A stretch of DNA of 64,000 nucleotides. Origin: Bacteriovoracaceae bacterium (GTDB lineage: Bacteria > Bdellovibrionota > Bacteriovoracia > Bacteriovoracales > Bacteriovoracaceae). Below, in pieces: positions 37,997 to 47,313 of this stretch (position 1 is its first letter; each line of letters opens with the position of its first letter). Location: the NCBI GenBank assembly GCA_965217035.1, contig OZ244226.1, positions 186,001 through 250,000 of the forward strand, read 5' to 3'. The notes beneath the pieces were generated by a model that saw only the letters and a list, made by a program, of their open reading frames with translations, did no database searches and was not told where the DNA came from. Position numbers and translations under genes: made by a program.

Positions 37997-39343
37997 ATGA
38001 AACTTTTAAGCCTTCTGCTTATCTCGCTTAGCTTCAATCTTTTTGCTTCAACCGATGTTGCTCTTGTAAAGATGATAAGAGGCGATGTTCAAATAAAATC
38101 AAAAGACGGCGTTTCAGCCAAGGCCAAAAAAGGAATGTGGCTCAATCAAGGTCAAACAGTTCTGACAGGTAAAAAAAGTTTTGCTCGCTTAGTTTTTAAA
38201 GATAAAACCTCTTCTAACATAGGAGCAAATAGTGAGCTCGAAATTAAATCTTTTAAGAAAGGAAAAGCTGGTCTTTTGAATTTGATTAAGGGTCAAATTA
38301 GAACAAAAGTAGTAAAGGATACTCTGAACCAAGATAAAAGTAAGCTCTTCATCAAAACAAAAACTGCGGCCATGGGTGTCCGAGGAACAGACTTTCATGT
38401 TTCGGTTGGTCAAGATTTCAAAACAACGGTTCTCACCTATGAAGGAGCCGTTTCTATGGTTCAGTTTAGTAAAGATATTAGAAACATTACAGGCAACCTT
38501 GATCGTATCTTGAACGAATCCGAATCAGTTATCGTCACAGAAGGTCGTTTTTCTTCTACTTCTTCAAATAAGGGAACTGTTAATCTCCCGGTCAAGATCG
38601 CTCCAACTCAGCTGACAAAACTAAAAGATAATCTTGGTCTTAGAGAATCTAATAATCAATACGCAAAAAATACTGATAACAACGTAAAGGCCATTACTCC
38701 ACCAGGAATTTCAGCTCAAACTGCTTTTAATGATGATAGTTCAAAAGACGAAGAAACTTTCTTTGTTCCTGAACCGTCAACAAATGGAGAACCCGATGAG
38801 GCTTCTAAGACCGACCCTCAATACACAGCTTTTCAACCACCTCCACCAGAAGGAGTTGATAATGGAGAACAACACGCCCCAGCGGCTGGTGGTTTTATTG
38901 ACCTAGCAACAGGAAATTATATCGAGCCTCCTAAAGGAGCCATGTTTGATCCAAATACGGAGACTTTTATAGTTCCAAAAAACTTTGGTGAAGTTGATAC
39001 GCGAACCGGTGAATTCCTTCCACCAGATCCTGAGAGTTTCAACTACGATTCAGAGAGAGCTCCTAGTAGTCATGACACTATCGGTTTTATTGGTGAGCAT
39101 AAATTTGTCCCTCCTCATCCAGGAGAACATGGACCTGACCAATTTGGTCCAAATGGAGAACAAGATCCAAACGCTGGAATCGATGGGATTGCCTTTAATA
39201 ATGACTTTTTCGATGAAAATATTGAAGACCTTGATCCTTGTTTAGTTGACATAAATACTTGCCAAGAATTCAATGCTCCACCTCCAAGCGAAGTCGGTCA
39301 ACCTGCATTCTTAAACTTCACAGTTAATTTTCCAGAAGGCTAA
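37997..39343 (+). CDS. Secreted FecR-domain protein with Pro/acidic C-terminal region
   Basis: Signal peptide; LNQGQTVLTGKKSFARL.F.D, IKTKTAAMGVRGTDF, TYEGAV FecR motifs. Confidence 0.85.
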   Translation: MKLLSLLLISLSFNLFASTDVALVKMIRGDVQIKSKDGVSAKAKKGMWLNQGQTVLTGKKSFARLVFKDKTSSNIGANSELEIKSFKKGKAGLLNLIKGQIRTKVVKDTLNQDKSKLFIKTKTAAMGVRGTDFHVSVGQDFKTTVLTYEGAVSMVQFSKDIRNITGNLDRILNESESVIVTEGRFSSTSSNKGTVNLPVKIAPTQLTKLKDNLGLRESNNQYAKNTDNNVKAITPPGISAQTAFNDDSSKDEETFFVPEPSTNGEPDEASKTDPQYTAFQPPPPEGVDNGEQHAPAAGGFIDLATGNYIEPPKGAMFDPNTETFIVPKNFGEVDTRTGEFLPPDPESFNYDSERAPSSHDTIGFIGEHKFVPPHPGEHGPDQFGPNGEQDPNAGIDGIAFNNDFFDENIEDLDPCLVDINTCQEFNAPPPSEVGQPAFLNFTVNFPEG

Positions 39344-39398
39344 AAATATATTAGCCTTTTTTTTAAGAAGTTTATTCCTTAAAAGGCTGATCTGTATT

Positions 39399-41060
39399 AT
39401 GCAATTTTATATTGCCCTATTTTTCTTTGTTCTAAGTTTGAATTCTTATTCTCATGAAGTCGCTAAACAATATGAACTTTTTAAAAAAGGTCAATACGAT
39501 CAAGTTGTAAAAAATATTACTTCTCATCAAGATAGTCATAAAGACGATTTTAAAATGACAGTTCTTTTGGCCAAGTCCTATTTTAAACTGGAAAGATATC
39601 GGAAATCTTTGAAATATTACGATCGTATATTTCGCCATAAAAATTATAATGAGATTCCAGTCGAAAGTTATTATGAGTTCGCTCAAATCAATTATGCCTT
39701 AGATAATCTCACCATGGCCAAGAACTTTTTTGAGAAAAGTCTTGTTGCAAAATATAATGAAAACTTGAGCCTATATTATATTGGGATCATTCTTCATTCT
39801 GAAAATAATGTAAAAGATGCTCATCGCTATTATAGCAGAATTATTAAATCGAGAAGTAAAACTCCTGAAGACATAGAAGTTAAACAAGCAGCTTATGCTC
39901 AAAAAGCAGAACTCAGACTCAATGCCTATCAAAAAAAGCTAGGTGGAAAAGACTTTAAAATCGTAATCGATGATATCGATGGAGAAGTCCGTGATTATAG
40001 ACTTATTCAACAGGCAAAGCAAAAAATAAAAGACCGAGTTATTAAGCTTTTTGAAAGAGGGATACAAATCAATCCTCAAGGAAACCTTGTGCCCACTATG
40101 AAAAAGCGTATTTCTGAAATTACTCAAAAATACGAACTCGATGTTCAAAGAATGATCAATGGTCAGTTCATTAGAAATACCAACCTAATGTTAAGACTCA
40201 ACTCTATTTTTGGTTATGATAGCAACGTCGTTGCTGTCTCCGATGAATCACCGACTCAACCAATAAGAAAAGATTCTTATACAGGACAACTCATTGCTTA
40301 TGCTCGTAAAAAATATACTGTAAAAGGTCGCTATTTTATTAATCCAGAACTTACTGCCAACTATCAATACTATTTTGAAAGAGATGTCCCCGATATTATC
40401 GATAATGATAACGTGACAATAACTCCAGCAGTCAGGATGACCAGAGAGCATAGCTACAACGGCAAACCGGCTTCAACATTACTCGACTTTGAATATTCTT
40501 GGAACTATCGAGATTATAACCAAGTAGAAAAACTTCAATTCTATAATAGAGCTTATACTGTTTCTGTTGGTGAAAGATTGTCATTTTTTGAGACCGGTGA
40601 ATCTACTATGCGGTTAAAATTCAAAGATAACACCAATCAAGATTCTCGTTTTGATTCAAATACTATAACCGCACAATTTAGCCAATTCTTTAATTTAAAA
40701 TCAGGTAATCGTTATATTCTAGTGGCTAACTTTGCTCTCACGGATAGTAAGACAGATAGTCTTGATACAGATTCTCTTTCTTTAATTAATAATTATATTT
40801 TCTTTCCTAAAAATAAAGAATATATCACCTTTTACACTGCTGGTTTTAATCTAATTGCGACTGATTATAAAGATCCTACGACGGCCAATGAACGAGGGAC
40901 TGAACTTTTACTCGTTCCGTCCTTTGCAGCAACTAAAATTATTAATAGAAACAGCAAGCTCACAGCAAAATATGCTTTCACTCAGTCGATCTCAAAAGAT
41001 CAGGAAACCTATACCTATGATAAGCATGTCATCACATTAGACTTTGCTTACACCTTCTAA
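39399..41060 (+). CDS. TPR protein with C-terminal outer-membrane beta-barrel
   Basis: Signal peptide, TPR helices, GYDSNV barrel start, terminal ...DFAYTF. Confidence 0.8.
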   Translation: MQFYIALFFFVLSLNSYSHEVAKQYELFKKGQYDQVVKNITSHQDSHKDDFKMTVLLAKSYFKLERYRKSLKYYDRIFRHKNYNEIPVESYYEFAQINYALDNLTMAKNFFEKSLVAKYNENLSLYYIGIILHSENNVKDAHRYYSRIIKSRSKTPEDIEVKQAAYAQKAELRLNAYQKKLGGKDFKIVIDDIDGEVRDYRLIQQAKQKIKDRVIKLFERGIQINPQGNLVPTMKKRISEITQKYELDVQRMINGQFIRNTNLMLRLNSIFGYDSNVVAVSDESPTQPIRKDSYTGQLIAYARKKYTVKGRYFINPELTANYQYYFERDVPDIIDNDNVTITPAVRMTREHSYNGKPASTLLDFEYSWNYRDYNQVEKLQFYNRAYTVSVGERLSFFETGESTMRLKFKDNTNQDSRFDSNTITAQFSQFFNLKSGNRYILVANFALTDSKTDSLDTDSLSLINNYIFFPKNKEYITFYTAGFNLIATDYKDPTTANERGTELLLVPSFAATKIINRNSKLTAKYAFTQSISKDQETYTYDKHVITLDFAYTF

Positions 41061-41062
41061 AT

Positions 41063-43267
41063 ATGAAAAATACGATTGGCCTTATTCGTTATGGTGTCTC
41101 ATTAATCATCATTATTTTTTGTATCTTTGCAATCTATTCCACTATTCTTTCGAGCTCTTTCATTCAAGAAGAAGATTCTTTCGGAGCTATTGCATCGACT
41201 ATAGAAGATCAGTTTTTTGATTTTCGTTATATCAATCAAAAAGAAGGTCGAAAAAAATCTGAAGATATCACCTTAGTTGCTATTGATGATCTTTCTCTCG
41301 AGAAAATTGGTCGTTGGCCTTGGACTCGGACAGAATGGGTTAAGGTTGTCGATAAGCTTCGAGAATTTGGAGTCAAAGTTATTGCCTTTGATATTATTTT
41401 TTCTGAACCAGAAAATGTCTGTAACGGAGTGAGTCCAGATGATGATCTCGCCATCGCTTTTCAAAATTTTAATGCAACAGGTAGCTCCATAGTTCTTCCC
41501 TATACTCTTGCTGGTTATGGAGACCCTATTATGAGCGAACCTCCTCCAGAGCTTTTCGATCTTATCTTATCGGGAGAAGTTCAAGCTGAAAATGTTCCTC
41601 CTAACAAGCTCAATGCAACAACATTCATAATCGAAAAGCTAAGGGTCGACGGTAATGGTTATGGTTTTATCAATTCTTCTGGTGATAGAGATGGTGTTTA
41701 TAGACATTTTCTTCTATTCGCCAATGTTGAACTTGAAGAAGATCCACTCTATTTTCCTTCACTCGCTCTCAGTACTTACATGAAGTACACCAATAAAGAG
41801 GCTCCTTATAATATTACTCCAGATGGTGCTGTTTCTATGAATATTGATGGTAAGAAACTCTACTTAGATGCTCTTGGAAAAGCACGAGTAAAGTTTCTTG
41901 GCGATAAAAAATACTTTAATGAAGTTAGCATACTCGAGCTTTTGGAAGCAAATTCAAATGATCCAGAGATCAGAGAAAAGCTTGAAGGAAAAATTGCCTT
42001 TATTGCTTTAACTGCCATTGGTAATGCAAATGATATTCGACCAACGCCTGCCGGACCTCAAACTGAAGGGGTTTTAATGCATATGAATCTCACGCATTCA
42101 TTAATTAAAGGAGACTTCTTTCAAGAACCAGTGGAATCATTCCTCTATTCTTTAATCTTACTCATTCTCGGTGTTGTGACTATTTTAGGTTTTCAATTTA
42201 TTGGGAGTCCTATCGTCGATGCTGTGATCGTTCTGGTCGTCTCCACTTCAGTCTATCTTCTTGATCTCTACTACTTCATTCCTAGGAGCTATGAGATAAA
42301 ACTTTTCTTTTGCCTGGTCTCTTACCTCATGACCTATATTTGGAATACTTTCCTTAACTTTTATCTCGCCTCCTCAGAGAAAAAGCAAATCAGAGGAGCT
42401 TTTTCCCAAATGGTGGCTCCAAGTATTGTTAATGAACTCCTTAAAAATCCTGAGAAGTTAAAGCTTGGTGGAGAAAAAAAAGATATTACTGTTTTCTTCA
42501 GTGATGTCCGTGATTTTACAACAATTTCAGAGAAGCTTACTCCTGAACAATTGAGTTATGCTCTTAATATTTATATGACTCGAATGACGAATATCCTTAT
42601 CGAACACGATGGAACACTTGATAAATATATTGGGGATGCAATTGTCGGTTATTGGGGAGCTCCGGTTGAAACCGATGATCATGCTTATAAGGCAATCCTT
42701 TCTTCTAAGCTTCAGTTAGAAGCTCTACCAGAAGTAAATGAGCAACTTCGCTCTGAAAACCTTCCAGAATTCAAAGTTGGAATTGGTTTGAATTCTGGGA
42801 TTTGCTCGGTTGGGAATATGGGAAGTGATGAAATCTTCCAGTATACAGCTCTAGGTGACAATATGAACTTAGGGGCCAGACTTGAGGGCCTCTGCAAGCC
42901 CTACCGCTCTAAGCTTCTGATTAGTGAGTTCACTTATGGAAAGCTTAATGAAGAACGAAAATCAGAATTTCTTATCAGAAGGATGGATAAAGTTCGGGTT
43001 AAGGGTAAAGAGAATGCAGTTGAAATTCTTGAAGTTCTAGACAATACTCATGAACTTTATGAACATCCTGAAGTTATTAAGGATTTTAACGAAGCTTTTG
43101 CTTTTTATCTAGATCAAAAGTTTCAAAATGCGATTGATCTTTTAAAAGACTATTCCGAACGTTTTCAAGATTGGTCGATTCAAAATCTTATTGAGAAATG
43201 CCAATACTATATTCAAAATCCACCTGAATCTGATTGGGATGGAGTGATTACTTTTACAACGAAATGA
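41063..43267 (+). CDS. CHASE2-domain class III adenylate cyclase
   Basis: IDDLSLEKIGRWPWTR, IAFDIIFSE, DRDGVYR (CHASE2); 3 TM; FSDVRDFT, DKYIGDA, YTALGDNMNLGARLE. Confidence 0.93.
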   Translation: MKNTIGLIRYGVSLIIIIFCIFAIYSTILSSSFIQEEDSFGAIASTIEDQFFDFRYINQKEGRKKSEDITLVAIDDLSLEKIGRWPWTRTEWVKVVDKLREFGVKVIAFDIIFSEPENVCNGVSPDDDLAIAFQNFNATGSSIVLPYTLAGYGDPIMSEPPPELFDLILSGEVQAENVPPNKLNATTFIIEKLRVDGNGYGFINSSGDRDGVYRHFLLFANVELEEDPLYFPSLALSTYMKYTNKEAPYNITPDGAVSMNIDGKKLYLDALGKARVKFLGDKKYFNEVSILELLEANSNDPEIREKLEGKIAFIALTAIGNANDIRPTPAGPQTEGVLMHMNLTHSLIKGDFFQEPVESFLYSLILLILGVVTILGFQFIGSPIVDAVIVLVVSTSVYLLDLYYFIPRSYEIKLFFCLVSYLMTYIWNTFLNFYLASSEKKQIRGAFSQMVAPSIVNELLKNPEKLKLGGEKKDITVFFSDVRDFTTISEKLTPEQLSYALNIYMTRMTNILIEHDGTLDKYIGDAIVGYWGAPVETDDHAYKAILSSKLQLEALPEVNEQLRSENLPEFKVGIGLNSGICSVGNMGSDEIFQYTALGDNMNLGARLEGLCKPYRSKLLISEFTYGKLNEERKSEFLIRRMDKVRVKGKENAVEILEVLDNTHELYEHPEVIKDFNEAFAFYLDQKFQNAIDLLKDYSERFQDWSIQNLIEKCQYYIQNPPESDWDGVITFTTK

Positions 43268-44932
43268 TTAATTTTCTAATTTTGATTCGAAATCAGGAAT
43301 CGGTTGACAATCTCGTACTGACTTTAGTTGATCTTCACTTGGTTTTATAAGTCCGAAATTAACATCTGAAAAGCAAATATGCAGATGATCGGCATGAGAG
43401 CCTACATTTTTATATAACTTTTTATACTTTTTTTCATTTTCTCCTGAAAAAAGATATTTATCTGTAAAACGAATATGAGAAGCACCATATTTACCGAGAG
43501 TTTTAACAAACAGCTCAGTCACATCTCTATTATAGTTTTTTCTTAATCTTTTAACTCCTACTGTACTTTGCGGACCGATTTCCCCATCATAACGAAAAGG
43601 TCTAATATCAACACAACGACCAGAATCATGAGTTTTATGAGCCCCATCTGGGGTAAACATATCCCCTACTTGAACTCTGCAAAGTTCAAAAGATGATTTT
43701 TCAGCTTTGTATTTAGAACTTTCTTTAAGCTTATCATTATCAACGAAATTGAGGCATACATCTTGAAATTCCTTAAGAGCTTTTAAAAAAGAGCATTGAG
43801 TATGTGGTTCTAAAAAAAGGTCATCTGTTTCACAGAGCTTGCTATAATGAACAGCATTGAAGGGCATCTCATAATAAGCACAAATTTTAGAATAAGGGTC
43901 CTGTTTGAGATCTAATTTTTCTCCATAAGGAAGTTGAACAAGACTATTTGTATAACCAGCCACTTTTCTAATTTTTGTTTTAGGGTTTTCGATTTCATAA
44001 GGGATATAATTATCGAGATAGACAATCTTTTCAGAATCTATATGACTAGGTAATGCTTTGAGAATTTCAACAAAGGAATTCGTTTTTCTCATAGGGATAG
44101 GAAGAAGAGAATTGAGTATTTTTCCTCCACAACATTCGAGATCAACAGGAAACTCCTTTTCCTCATCTACAATTTCAAAAAGATATTGATGTTTACAATT
44201 CTTCTGACCTCGTTCACAGCACATTTCAACTTTATAACCAAAGTCGTTGGTAACAAGTCTAATAACTTTATTCTTAAGATTACCAGGAAGATTTAGAAAT
44301 TCAGTATCCTTGGTCACAATAAATGAAAACTGATCAAGCCGTTTAAGTGAATGATTAGGGAAATGTCCTTTCTCCTTAATTGGAGCCCGATCCTTCTCTG
44401 TTTTATTTTTTAAATTCCCTCTGAGAACATTATATCTCGATTTCTTCAACTCTTCGTCTTTATGAAAACTCGGTAGAGACTCTACAATAACGGGCAAATA
44501 AATTAATTCGCCTTCTCGAAAAGGTTTCTCAACCATAATAGAATTCTCTTTCGGTAATTCTCTATTCTCTTTTATATAATTCTGGTATTTCTTTTCAACC
44601 TTAACGATAGATCCATGGGGAAGATAGTATTTCCTCCTATTTCGAACCTGGGAATACTTTAGTGTTTCATCCTCTTCTCCAGATCGAAAATTTTCAAAAG
44701 GCTGTCTCAAAGAATCACCTCCTTTTATCCCGAAACCTGAAGTAACATAAAAAAGAGGAGGAGTATCAACATAGGCTGTTTCGCAAGTGATCTGATTCAT
44801 TTTTTTCGCTAAGTTGATTAAAATCTCATCTTGAAATTTTTTAGCATCAAACTCGAGAGGACCTCTTCTTTGAGCAAAAGTTATATGAGAGTTAAAAAAA
44901 GCTAAAATTAAGAACCTTGAGAGAAAAATCAT
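43268..44932 (-). CDS. Secreted protein with C-terminal LAS-type (MepA/M15-like) metallopeptidase motifs
   Basis: Signal peptide; HKTHDSGRCVDIRP and HADHLHI motifs. Confidence 0.65.
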   Translation of the reverse strand: MIFLSRFLILAFFNSHITFAQRRGPLEFDAKKFQDEILINLAKKMNQITCETAYVDTPPLFYVTSGFGIKGGDSLRQPFENFRSGEEDETLKYSQVRNRRKYYLPHGSIVKVEKKYQNYIKENRELPKENSIMVEKPFREGELIYLPVIVESLPSFHKDEELKKSRYNVLRGNLKNKTEKDRAPIKEKGHFPNHSLKRLDQFSFIVTKDTEFLNLPGNLKNKVIRLVTNDFGYKVEMCCERGQKNCKHQYLFEIVDEEKEFPVDLECCGGKILNSLLPIPMRKTNSFVEILKALPSHIDSEKIVYLDNYIPYEIENPKTKIRKVAGYTNSLVQLPYGEKLDLKQDPYSKICAYYEMPFNAVHYSKLCETDDLFLEPHTQCSFLKALKEFQDVCLNFVDNDKLKESSKYKAEKSSFELCRVQVGDMFTPDGAHKTHDSGRCVDIRPFRYDGEIGPQSTVGVKRLRKNYNRDVTELFVKTLGKYGASHIRFTDKYLFSGENEKKYKKLYKNVGSHADHLHICFSDVNFGLIKPSEDQLKSVRDCQPIPDFESKLEN

Positions 44933-45138
44933 AATTTCTTATCGGGTCTTCAGAGCAAATATCAATTTGTAGAGTACTTAAGGTAGTCTTATAAATTCAA
45001 TTACTTAGAAGCCATTTAAATCTTCCTGACAAGCTTTTAGACAATCCTTTGTAGAAACTACCTCAGGGCCGTTCTGAGACGTCATTTCTTAATATAATAG
45101 TTTTAATCACAGTTAATTAGGGGAAAAAGGAGATAATT

Positions 45139-45645
45139 ATGAGATTAATAGTGGTAACAATTCTAGCGTCACTCAGTTTTGCAAGTGCAGCTTTCTCTGA
45201 CTCTTGTTTGGAAAGATTTGAATTCCAACAAAGAACAACAACAGAAGGAATCGTAAATAAAGTAGGAGAGTTCATTACTGACAAGTCAAATAAAGCACTT
45301 GGTAGGCACAAAATGGGAAAACTTCTTGTTCTTGCAAATAAGATTAAGAATGAAGAGGTAAGTTTTCCAGAAACAATGGAAAAACTCGAAGAAGCTTTGA
45401 TCTACGGAAATATGGCAAAGTCTTTTCTTAAATTCAAAGATTATGAAGCTCTTGAAGGAATGTCTAATATCGAACTTGCTGAAAAAATGATTCAAGTTGA
45501 TAGTGACAGAGACCCGCTAAAGGGAGACAACCCTTTCTGTAAAGTTTCTATTAGAACGAGTCAAAGAAGAGCAGGACAAGAAAAATTCAAAATGAGAATC
45601 TTCAACACAAACAAGAAGAGAATCGTTCGTGCTCTTATGGACTAA
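45139..45645 (+). CDS. Secreted hypothetical protein
   Basis: AAGGAG RBS, signal peptide, terminator downstream. Confidence 0.7.
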   Translation: MRLIVVTILASLSFASAAFSDSCLERFEFQQRTTTEGIVNKVGEFITDKSNKALGRHKMGKLLVLANKIKNEEVSFPETMEKLEEALIYGNMAKSFLKFKDYEALEGMSNIELAEKMIQVDSDRDPLKGDNPFCKVSIRTSQRRAGQEKFKMRIFNTNKKRIVRALMD

Positions 45646-45669
45646 GTTAAAACAAAAAATGGTATGGTT

Positions 45670-45699
45670 AAGCCGACTCGTAAAAGTCGGCTTTTTTTT
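45670..45699 (+). terminator. Intrinsic terminator
   Basis: AAGCCGACT-cgtaaa-AGTCGGCTT + T-run. Confidence 0.8.
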
Positions 45700-47248
45700 A
45701 TGGACAAGTCACTCCGCCTGAAATTGTCGTTCCAATATTCCCAAATGGATCAACGGGAGTTACTTTAATCGTCACAGTTCCAGAAGGAAAAGTTCCCCAA
45801 ACAGAACCAGGAACAGCATTCCCCATAAAGTCTAAAGTCTGTGGATCATTGCCATCATGATCAAAAACCGCTCCATAGACAAGAGTTCCACCATCATCAA
45901 TATCGACAATAAATTGATCAGGAGGAATAGGTAAGCCATTTGGAGGAGCAGCATTTCCAGCGCTCATATTCGTTATCGTGGTAATGTCTAAACTCATTGT
46001 TGCAGAGCAATTTTGATTTATGACTCCCCCTGCTCCAGGGTTGATTGTGTCGTAATGAAATGGGAAAGGAGAAACCAGGGGGCCTCCACCTGTCCCCGCA
46101 TCAAGTTCAAATCTAAAGTCAAATCCACTTCCAGACGTCCAGCCAGCACCACTTGTCAAAGAAAAAACTCCTCCAGAGCATGTCGTACTGACACTAGGAT
46201 CGACAGAAGCATTATCGATAAAACTAACAATTGAGCCATCTGGAGCACAAGCACCGGTCAAAGTTTGTGTATTCACAAAAGGAGGTTCAAACACTTGAAT
46301 GAACTCCGAGCTTGATGTCGCTGGAAGTTTATCATGAAAAGCGAAATTCACATAATTAGTATGGGCTTCAGTAACAGAGGTTAAAAGAGTAAAACCAGGT
46401 TCCACAAATTGAAGTCCATAGTCGGCAACTCCATTTTCAAGTCTTATAACTTTATACTTAGAGGTTGTTGTACAACCCGGATCAGAAAAAGATTCTAGAA
46501 GAATCGGAAGATCTAATGGAATGAAAATATTATCAGGATGAACAGCATAACCTATTGGAAGGTTTAAATCCGCTAAGGTTGCACCGAGATTATTCCCTCC
46601 AGTTGTCGTGTCTTGATCAATGCAAGTAGAAAATAGTCCAGAAGAACCAATTCCAGGTTGCCCTTGCCCCTTTCCTTCAATAATCACACGATAAGAGCGG
46701 CTCACACCAAAACTTGGATTTGTATAACAGTCTGACCCTGAAAATAATTGACCTCCGAGAATATCGAAGTCACTTTCAGCACAACCAAAAAGTCTGATCG
46801 GTTTAAATACTTTATCTCCACCAACAGTATCGTAAACCATATCACCAGCAGGACTTGAAACAGGGAAAAGATGTTCAAAACAGGCTGAGTTGGTTAGATC
46901 AATAGGGATTTCCAGAGTTTCTCCCCCATTAACAAAACCTCTTACAAATCCGCACCGAATTTTCCCTTTCATTATTTTATTCTTAGTTGAAGCATCCCCT
47001 TCCCATGAAAAGACTTTGAATTCCCACTCTCTATCTCCTGGAACAACAAATTGAGAATTAACAAAATCTTCTCCTGTATTAAAAGTTCTTGAAACTTTTT
47101 CGATTCCATCTGTTCCAAGAATAACAACTCCACCTTGAAGAAACGAAGCATTTACCCCTTGTACAGTTTTAATTGCGACAGTTCCGTCTTCACGAGAACC
47201 GCAACTGAAAATGAATAACAGTAGAAATGAATACTTTATTAGTAACAT
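45698..47248 (-). CDS. Cys/Gly/Thr-rich surface lipoprotein
   Basis: IFSC lipobox; N-terminal domain similar to the neighbouring gene. Confidence 0.7.
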   Translation of the reverse strand: MLLIKYSFLLLFIFSCGSREDGTVAIKTVQGVNASFLQGGVVILGTDGIEKVSRTFNTGEDFVNSQFVVPGDREWEFKVFSWEGDASTKNKIMKGKIRCGFVRGFVNGGETLEIPIDLTNSACFEHLFPVSSPAGDMVYDTVGGDKVFKPIRLFGCAESDFDILGGQLFSGSDCYTNPSFGVSRSYRVIIEGKGQGQPGIGSSGLFSTCIDQDTTTGGNNLGATLADLNLPIGYAVHPDNIFIPLDLPILLESFSDPGCTTTSKYKVIRLENGVADYGLQFVEPGFTLLTSVTEAHTNYVNFAFHDKLPATSSSEFIQVFEPPFVNTQTLTGACAPDGSIVSFIDNASVDPSVSTTCSGGVFSLTSGAGWTSGSGFDFRFELDAGTGGGPLVSPFPFHYDTINPGAGGVINQNCSATMSLDITTITNMSAGNAAPPNGLPIPPDQFIVDIDDGGTLVYGAVFDHDGNDPQTLDFMGNAVPGSVWGTFPSGTVTIKVTPVDPFGNIGTTISGGVTCP

Positions 47249-47313
47249 AACAAAGGCTTAACGGATTATTTTAATTTTTTACTCAGAGTAAATGCTTGAG
47301 CGGAAAAATTTTC

